Source: a virus
DNA: 64,000 bases
IMG/VR virus record: IMGVR_UViG_3300037119_005106
Coordinates: 16,500-80,499 of that record
Strand: one strand, 5' to 3'
The position numbers and the translations under genes were made by a program. The notes beneath the pieces were generated by a model. The model worked only from the letters and a program-made list of their open reading frames with translations. It had not been told where the DNA came from and did not search any database. Shown here piece after piece: positions 30,229-36,492 of this stretch (position 1 is its first letter; the number at the start of each line of letters is the position of its first letter).

Positions 30229-30971
30229 ATTTTTTCTATTTTATAGTTATATAATTTATTATTTAATCTTATTGCATTTGAAATAGATCCTTGTTTTACT
30301 TTTTCAAAACCTATTTTATTAAAATATTCAACAACTTCTTGATGTGAATGAAATTTTTTTGAAAAATTATCTTTAGATATTTTTATATTATGCTTACCTA
30401 ATCTATTTTCTCTTTTAATTAATTTTTCGGAAAAAGACCACCTAAAACCAAAAGCACTAAACGTAATTCCTAAACAAGATTGTGATATATGAGAAGAACC
30501 ATTTTTTGTTTTTTCTAAAAATTTTAATGCTTCAATAATTGAATTGTGTTTTTGAATCAATTCCCCTTTTTTAGAAAATTGAAATACTTTTTTTGATGTA
30601 TGATGTAATCCACCAACTATAGTTCTTGTCTTTGAATTTTCTGAATGTTTTAATCCTAATAAACTTCCTGCCACTAAACAACTATTATAATCCGTTCCTT
30701 TATTTATAAAAAATTGTTCTGTTACAATACAATCTTCTTTTGAGCATATTGAAATAATTTCAAATTTAAAATTTTCAAATCCATATTTCTTAAATGCTTT
30801 AAACAAAATAGGTTGGTTACACAATTCTTTCTTATAAGCTGAGCAATATTGAAGGTATCTTTGTCTAAAATTAGTACTTGTACTGCCAATATAAATTTTA
30901 TTGTTTATAGTATTTATTATAGAATATACTCCGGTTTTTCTCCAATTAGATTTTTCTACATCAAAATTCAT
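30213..30971 (-). mobile_element. Free-standing GIY-YIG homing endonuclease with NUMOD1-type repeats
   Basis: GVYSIINTINNKIYIGST; KKVFQFSKKGELIQKHNSIIEA...AFGFRW; very AT-rich; likely start MNFDV at 30971; TACATTTG at 30992-30999. Confidence 0.85.
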
Positions 30972-31035
30972 AATAAAATATTTTATAGATACAAATGTAT
31001 TAATAAATATCAATAAAATATTTCATACCTTCTTT

Positions 31036-31461
31036 TTATTTATTTCTGTCAAACGGATCAAACTTGAAAAACTCTTCTGGATTGAATTCATTCCTACTTT
31101 GTTGCATTCTTTCCATAAAGGATTTTCCCATAACCGGAAATGGACCAGCTTCCTCATAACCAGTAGGAATAAAAACATGATTCAAATCCTTTCCTCTACC
31201 AGCTTCTAACCAATTGTAATAATCAGCACTATGATTACCACCCGTTCCAAAAATCATTGGAATACCAATTACACGAGAACCAGGACGTCTTGCTTTTAAC
31301 AAAATCATTTCCTTCATAGCTTCATCAATCTCTGGTGAATTTGGTGGATACACAACAAAAGTTTTCTTCTCTTTAGATAAAAAAATATCTTCTAAAGCTT
31401 TCTCTATACCTTCTTTGGTGAGATTTGGATATACCATCTTCTTCTTATCACGCTTTGCCAT
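31036..31461 (-). CDS. Small protein containing a terminase-ATPase-like segment
   Basis: IGIPMIFGTGG...LNHVFIPTGYE aligns by eye with TerL FGTPLIYGTGG...LEKVFIPAYE. Confidence 0.6.
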   Translation of the reverse strand: MAKRDKKKMVYPNLTKEGIEKALEDIFLSKEKKTFVVYPPNSPEIDEAMKEMILLKARRPGSRVIGIPMIFGTGGNHSADYYNWLEAGRGKDLNHVFIPTGYEEAGPFPVMGKSFMERMQQSRNEFNPEEFFKFDPFDRNK

Positions 31462-31464
31462 AAC

Positions 31465-31674
31465 CTACTTCTTATAGTTCGTAAAATCAATCTCCACATG
31501 TGCCTGAGCCAAAGCCAAAGAACGATGCTCATTAGCAATACGCAAAGAAAGAGCATCATGAATCAACACAGGAGAAGCAACCATCCATATAGCAGTAAGA
31601 TAGAAATAAATCTCAACTGCATCAAATCCCTTGCACTCCATCTTCCATATCAATTCTGACAACGTGTTATTCAT
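31465..31674 (-). CDS. Hypothetical protein
   Basis: Likely start MNNTLSE at 31674; the longer track ORF extends into structured RNA. Confidence 0.45.
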   Translation of the reverse strand: MNNTLSELIWKMECKGFDAVEIYFYLTAIWMVASPVLIHDALSLRIANEHRSLALAQAHVEIDFTNYKK

Positions 31675-31813
31675 AATAAATTGTTTTTTATTAATGGCGG
31701 GCAAGGCTGGGAGCCTTACATCTCCCTTAACCCCTCCCAATGAATAGCATTCCAACTACCATAGCTCGGACTTCAACCGGCATTTCCCTACTAGAAGTGT
31801 AGAGCGATATTCG

Positions 31814-31947
31814 TGGAGGATGCAGGACTCGAACCTACGACTTACTCATACAACTTTTACGGCTTAATAATTATGGCGCCTTAATGTTCATCACTCCGCT
31901 TCACATTACTTGTACTTTCACACTTTAACCAACTCAGTCAATCCCCC
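31814..31947 (-). ncRNA. tRNA-like RNA 1 (Ala-identity acceptor, anticodon arm replaced by ~77-nt branched insert)
   Basis: GGGGGAT/ATCCTCC-A acceptor with G3·U70 and A73; D arm ACTG-AGTTGGTTA-AAGT; T arm GTAGG-TTCGAGT-CCTGC. Confidence 0.75.
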
Positions 31948-31999
31948 CAGTGTGGGCTACTCTCCCCGCGCTTGTCCTCTCCATCGGAGGTTAATACTG

Positions 32000-32107
32000 T
32001 GGAGAAGAACGGACTCGAACCGCTGACCATTGAAAGGATTTGAGCCATATGCAAGATACGCTAACTACTGTTCTTTCAACTACTCTAACCAACTGAGCTA
32101 CTTCCCC
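32000..32107 (-). ncRNA. tRNA-like RNA 2 (Ala-identity acceptor, elongated anticodon arm)
   Basis: GGGGAAG/CTTCTCC-A acceptor with G3·U70; D arm GCTC-AGTTGGTTA-GAGT; T arm AGCGG-TTCGAGT-CCGTT; TTGAAAG/CTTTCAA stem enclosing 36 nt. Confidence 0.78.
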
Positions 32108-32199
32108 ATTCGCCCAAACAGCTTCCAGATAGTTTCCTCCGTTCTCTAAATTAATAATCTAACACAATATCATTTAAACAAACCACTGTTTGGACTTTA

Positions 32200-32207
32200 C
32201 AAATATA
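32200..32207 (-). promoter_or_regulatory. TATATTTG -7 promoter element for the leftward ncRNA/accessory operon
   Basis: TAnnTTTG at the start of the minus-strand block. Confidence 0.5.
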
Positions 32208-32368
32208 TGCAATTATTGCACACTACCAAACCATAATATAAAATAATTAAAAAGAAATTATAAAGTAGATATCCACACACAACTATACCGAACAAATTAT
32301 AGATAGGTAATTATTGCATATGATGGAACAGGATGATATAAATTAACCGAGGGTTGCTTATATACAAA

Positions 32369-32406
32369 AGCCCCCGGCCTACTTCTAAACTTCGAAGGCG
32401 GGGGCT
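32369..32406. other. GC-rich hairpin at the strand switch
   Basis: AGCCCCCG-GCCT...AGGC-GGGGGCT in an AT-rich background. Confidence 0.6.
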
Positions 32407-32461
32407 ATAAAACAAATTAAAAATTCAGTAAGATTTAACAACCCTCTTACTCTTAAACAAT

Positions 32462-32734
32462 ATGAATACAACTCAAGAAGCTACAGCAGTAGCACCAGCA
32501 ATCAACGGTAAAGACGTTGCAGTACACACAGTAAAAACAATCACTAGTGCAGCACACATAGGCTTCACGGTATTAGCTGACCTATGCATGTATGCAGGAG
32601 CACACATCGTAAACAAGATAGATAACACACAATCTGTCCAAGACACAGTAGACTATGTACAAGCCAAAACAGATACCAAGCTAAACCCACTTAGACAAAA
32701 GCTATCTGGATACAAACCAGCACCAACTAAGTAA
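32462..32734 (+). CDS. Early hypothetical protein (paralog of 34495-35013)
   Basis: Shared AV..VK.I...AH......ADL......IN.ID.T pattern. Confidence 0.65.
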   Translation: MNTTQEATAVAPAINGKDVAVHTVKTITSAAHIGFTVLADLCMYAGAHIVNKIDNTQSVQDTVDYVQAKTDTKLNPLRQKLSGYKPAPTK

Positions 32735-33180
32735 CAACCAAGCACGCCTAATACAGTGTGCCCTAACAAAAGCTGAAACCATAACAGCCAATAGACCAAA
32801 CCATAGCAATATGGACTATAACTGTTCAATCATCAGCTATTAATCAGCCAAAGGACAAGCCAAAGGCAGAGAATGTTGTACACACTTCCATGGTCACAAT
32901 ATGTCAGCATCACTGTTCAGGTCACTGATACAGGTATTATTCATTATTCATGGTTCGGCTCAAGGTCGGCAATATTCGGATTTTATGCGATAAATATCGA
33001 AAGTAGGATAGAAGGAGTAGAATACGTGAGTTGTAAAGTATGGTAGAGAAAATGGCATATTTAAGTTGCATGTGATTGTCAAAGGGTAGTTACTATAGCT
33101 CTCTAAACAATAATAAGCACAGAATGTTCAAAAAGTCTTGATGGGGTTAGTGGTATCAAGGGTTAACAAGGATTTGTACT

Positions 33181-33230
33181 ACTACGAAAAATCGTAGTCT
33201 GCAGGGCTTTAAACTACGATTTATCGTAGT
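33181..33230. repeat. Two palindromes ACTACGA-N4-TCGTAGT spaced 32 bp
   Basis: Copies at 33181-33198 and 33213-33230, seen directly. Confidence 0.85.
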
Positions 33231-33324
33231 TTTAGTGTAAGAATAGTTATTTGTAGGATACAATAATAAAACAAATTAAAGAATAGATGGAAGACCTCAT
33301 CGCTAAATATAGGCATTAAATATT

Positions 33325-33549
33325 ATGGAATTAGCAACAGTTATTAGAGGGAGTATTGTAGAGTTCAATGAATTGAACAAACTATTAGAGCAAGACTTAT
33401 GTGATGTTAATATGGCTATTGAGAAGCTATTGAATAGCGTTAGTGATGTCAATGATGTATTGGATGATTTCAACATGTTGAATAAGCTCAAGAAAGAGAT
33501 CTTAATAGATTTACAAATATGGCAATTAAATAGAGTATTCAACAACTAA
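33325..33549 (+). CDS. Hypothetical coiled-coil protein
   Basis: Good start context (AAATATTATG). Confidence 0.55.
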   Translation: MELATVIRGSIVEFNELNKLLEQDLCDVNMAIEKLLNSVSDVNDVLDDFNMLNKLKKEILIDLQIWQLNRVFNN

Positions 33550-33560
33550 ATATAAATATC

Positions 33561-33764
33561 ATGAGAAATAGAATCACCACCATCGATACGGCTACACAGA
33601 CTCAAAGAATCATCAGAGTATTATCAGAACTATATGATATCAGCTATGCTGTAGTCAGAGCGTATTATTATCGCTATCAAGAGGATGTACAAGCAACTAA
33701 GTTAAAGCTTAAACTCATCTATCAAGTAGGCTTGGAGTTGGAACAATTAGAAATCATAAATTAA
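33561..33764 (+). CDS. Hypothetical protein
   Basis: Co-directional, tight spacing. Confidence 0.55.
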   Translation: MRNRITTIDTATQTQRIIRVLSELYDISYAVVRAYYYRYQEDVQATKLKLKLIYQVGLELEQLEIIN

Positions 33765-33775
33765 ATATATAGATC

Positions 33776-34090
33776 ATGAAAGACAGAAGAATGAATATAC
33801 TCATCTATGGCGGGATGCTATTAGGTGCAGTAGTAATTGGTGGGAATGTAGTAGGCTATGCATTCTCCGGACTGATCACATTGTTATCATTTGTATTCCT
33901 AGTAGAATCCATACCAGCATTAAAATGGTGTGTTGCTAAGACAACATACCTCATCGACATTGTATTATTCATATTCGCTGTATATGCTAAGGTACACTTC
34001 GGTGTTACCTTGGCTATGGCATTGATGTTTGGTACAATTGGATTCACATTATTATACGCACCTTATGTGCGTGAAACCTATGATAAATAA
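33776..34090 (+). CDS. Polytopic membrane protein
   Basis: 3-4 hydrophobic segments. Confidence 0.65.
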   Translation: MKDRRMNILIYGGMLLGAVVIGGNVVGYAFSGLITLLSFVFLVESIPALKWCVAKTTYLIDIVLFIFAVYAKVHFGVTLAMALMFGTIGFTLLYAPYVRETYDK

Positions 34091-34096
34091 CAAGCT

Positions 34097-34171
34097 ATGA
34101 GAAAATTTATAGAATTCGTAAAAGGCGTGGGTTATATATTCACCAACAATTGGAAAAACTTAATACAATAA
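34097..34171 (+). CDS. 24-aa amphipathic peptide
   Basis: Manual translation MRKFIEFVKGVGYIFTNNWKNLIQ; tightly packed. Confidence 0.4.
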   Translation: MRKFIEFVKGVGYIFTNNWKNLIQ

Positions 34172-34173
34172 TC

Positions 34174-34275
34174 ATGAAATACAATTTCAGAACAGATAGC
34201 TATATCTTGGTAAAGATGACTATCATATTATTAGCAATATTATCAATACTTGATGTATTAGGTTACATCAGTTAA
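34174..34275 (+). CDS. 33-aa single-TM peptide
   Basis: Manual translation MKYNFRTDSYILVKMTIILLAILSILDVLGYIS. Confidence 0.5.
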   Translation: MKYNFRTDSYILVKMTIILLAILSILDVLGYIS

Positions 34276-34286
34276 AAACAAAAATC

Positions 34287-34442
34287 ATGAACAACGAAAT
34301 ATTAATTCCATTTATAATAGCAAATACTGTAGCCAGCTTTATAGCTGCAGAAGTATTTGAAAGCAAATTCAAAGCAGATAAATACATTTTATTTATAGCG
34401 TTTTTCATTGCTTATTCAGCAGTATTTTATTTCATCAGTTAA
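34287..34442 (+). CDS. 51-aa two-TM peptide
   Basis: Manual translation MNNEILIPFIIANTVASFIAAEV...ILFIAFFIAYSAVFYFIS. Confidence 0.5.
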   Translation: MNNEILIPFIIANTVASFIAAEVFESKFKADKYILFIAFFIAYSAVFYFIS

Positions 34443-34494
34443 AAACAAATTCAACAATTAAATCAATTCAATAAACAATCTAAATTATATCATT

Positions 34495-35013
34495 ATGAAA
34501 ACTATCAACAAACAATCAGTACAATCAGCAGCGGTAACAGCAGTAAAAGTAATTGTTTATCCAGCTCACTTGGTGGCTCAAACAACAGCAGACCTATTGA
34601 ATATTGGTCAAGCTAAAGCAATCAATTTGATTGATGGCACAGAAATATATGAGTCTATGATGAATCAACAATCGTGGACACAACAACAACAGGCTACTGT
34701 TGTGGAGAAAGCTATGACTATCAGAGAGAAGATGCAAGAGCAACGTCTATTCAATAGACAACAAGACATTGACAAGTTAAAATCCAAATTGGATAAACTT
34801 GAAGGAGTAGAGCACATCGATAGTACAGAACCTACTGCCACTAACACAGAAGCTCCAGCTGTAACAACAGAACCTATTGCTGTACCAACACCACCAAACA
34901 TGGTGATTGAACCACCAAAAGAGGATACTACTGGCGAAGCGGTACCATTTGTACCAATCAACCAACGTAAACCAAAAGCTAAAGACGTGCCATTAATGAC
35001 ACCAAAAGAATAA
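34495..35013 (+). CDS. Early hypothetical protein with P/T/E-rich tail (paralog of 32462-32734)
   Basis: N-terminal similarity to the 32462 ORF. Confidence 0.7.
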   Translation: MKTINKQSVQSAAVTAVKVIVYPAHLVAQTTADLLNIGQAKAINLIDGTEIYESMMNQQSWTQQQQATVVEKAMTIREKMQEQRLFNRQQDIDKLKSKLDKLEGVEHIDSTEPTATNTEAPAVTTEPIAVPTPPNMVIEPPKEDTTGEAVPFVPINQRKPKAKDVPLMTPKE

Positions 35014-35080
35014 ACAATAAGCATTGGAATGTCCTATGGGATGGTTACCCTTGTCGAAGGATGAAACATAAATAACCAAC

Positions 35081-35121
35081 GGACGAATAGGCAATAGCGG
35101 GTTCGATTCCCGCATCGTCCA
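35081..35121 (+). ncRNA. tRNA minihelix-like element (acceptor plus T arm only)
   Basis: GGACGA...GCGGG-TTCGATT-CCCGC-A-TCGTCC-A; upstream TGGTTA/TAACCA-closed hairpins at 35042-35078. Confidence 0.5.
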
Positions 35122-35189
35122 CTAACCAAGTCCTGATATCAGGCACTAAAGCAGTTCATTGCTCTGGATAACAAAAGCAATATCATATT

Positions 35190-35543
35190 ATGAATACAGT
35201 AAACTTCATCGGAAACGCAGGACAAGAGCCAACAATCAAAACTCTTGACAATGGTACAATCGTAGCTAAATTCAATGTGGCTACAAAAGAAACGTACACT
35301 GATAAAGAAGGTGCTCCAGTAGAGAAAACTACTTGGCACAGAATTGTAGCCTGGAATAAAGCAGCAGAAGCAATAGCTAAAACGGTTCACAAAGGTAGTT
35401 TCATTCATATCAAAGCTAAAGTAGTTACAAATGAATACGATAAAGTAATCAAGGTGCCTATCTCAGCTAAGAAAACTATTGATCATACCATCAAAGTCAA
35501 AGGCACAGAGTTCCAAGCATTCGAAGTAACAGTGCTTCGTTAA
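35190..35543 (+). CDS. ssb: Single-stranded DNA-binding protein (OB fold, no acidic tail)
   Basis: NTVNFIGNAGQEP...VAKFNVAT...TTWHRIVAW...KGSFIHI. Confidence 0.9.
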   Translation: MNTVNFIGNAGQEPTIKTLDNGTIVAKFNVATKETYTDKEGAPVEKTTWHRIVAWNKAAEAIAKTVHKGSFIHIKAKVVTNEYDKVIKVPISAKKTIDHTIKVKGTEFQAFEVTVLR

Positions 35544-35558
35544 ACTCCATAAAGAAAT

Positions 35559-35595
35559 AATAATCTCTCGGAACAAATACTCTGAGAGGTTATTA
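35559..35595 (+). terminator. Hairpin after ssb, overlapping a TATATTTG promoter for the next gene
   Basis: ATAATCTCTC...GAGAGGTTAT inverted repeat. Confidence 0.5.
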
Positions 35596-35605
35596 TATTT
35601 GTATT

Positions 35606-36127
35606 ATGAAAAAGGAAGTAAAACGAATCAATGAAAAAAAGATTATTGATATCAGCCAATATCATAATTCAGAAACAGGAGAACTCCTATCATCAGAAAT
35701 GAAAAAAGGCACATCAATAGTAGTTAATGAAGCTACTTCAAAAGTAACTATTGACTACGAGAACTACGCTACAGTATCCACCAAGGCTATAATGGCATTG
35801 GTAGAGATACTGAATAACTCTGACTTGGCTAATGCATTGAAAATGTCATTTTGTGCTAAAGGGCCATTGAGCTTATTGTACAATGAAAACAATCAATTGC
35901 ATTCCAATAAAACACTACAAGACTATCTAGATATATCCTCTGAATCCACATACTTCATTCTAATCAACAAATTAATTAAAGCAGGTGTATTGTATCAGAT
36001 AAAAGGAAATATCTACGGAGAAGTCCGAAAAGTGTATATGCTTAATCCATTCCTTAGCAAGAAACGTAAAACGTTTGATGAGGAAGTCATTAAAATATTC
36101 AAATCATTCGATCAAAAAGAAAAATAA
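35606..36127 (+). CDS. RepL-like winged-helix DNA-binding/replication protein
   Basis: NSETGE, HTH LQDYLDISSESTY...LIKAGVL and YMLNP motif. Confidence 0.7.
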   Translation: MKKEVKRINEKKIIDISQYHNSETGELLSSEMKKGTSIVVNEATSKVTIDYENYATVSTKAIMALVEILNNSDLANALKMSFCAKGPLSLLYNENNQLHSNKTLQDYLDISSESTYFILINKLIKAGVLYQIKGNIYGEVRKVYMLNPFLSKKRKTFDEEVIKIFKSFDQKEK

Positions 36128-36492
36128 TGGAACTATGTACCGCCTGTAAAACATATCAAGCAATTAAAGGACATCATCATTGCGAAAGCTGTAAAGGATT
36201 ATTTGAACACTCAATAATACCAGGCATCAAAAAGAAAATTATTTACATCAAATTCCGAGGTATAGATGATTGGCATAGAGCTGTATTTAAAGATATAAAT
36301 TCAGCAACTTATTATGGTGATTGTGATGCTAATAAAACTGGTAAGCCGGAAGATGTTATTGAATATTACAGAAATAATATCAATAAGCTAGAATACTTTG
36401 GAAACAGCTTTAACTGTGAACCCAATGGAGGATTGAATCCTAATCATCAACTTGAAATACTAACAACCAATGAGAATATCAATTCAAAATAA
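36127..36492 (+). CDS. Hypothetical protein with N-terminal Zn finger
   Basis: CxxC...CxxC; GIDDWHRAVFK and CEPNG motifs. Confidence 0.6.
   Translation: MELCTACKTYQAIKGHHHCESCKGLFEHSIIPGIKKKIIYIKFRGIDDWHRAVFKDINSATYYGDCDANKTGKPEDVIEYYRNNINKLEYFGNSFNCEPNGGLNPNHQLEILTTNENINSK

Noticed and set aside
30213-31013. Intron or intein hosting the GIY-YIG gene
   Set aside because: Flanking genes look complete and unrelated; TerL, helicases and primase show no intein motifs.
31675-31755. N-terminal extension of ORF 31465-31755
   Set aside because: Overlaps GC-rich hairpins; a better ATG context lies at 31674.
31948-31999. Theta/HDV-like ribozyme 3' of the tRNA-like RNA
   Set aside because: Could not build the nested double pseudoknot by eye; needs a motif search.
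31814-32107. Ordinary tRNAs, group I intron-containing tRNAs or canonical tmRNA
   Set aside because: No normal anticodon arm; inserts far too short for self-splicing introns; D stems present; too short for the tmRNA pseudoknot/tag architecture.
33181-33230. CRISPR mini-array
   Set aside because: Only two 18-bp palindromes with a 14-bp gap and no cas genes.
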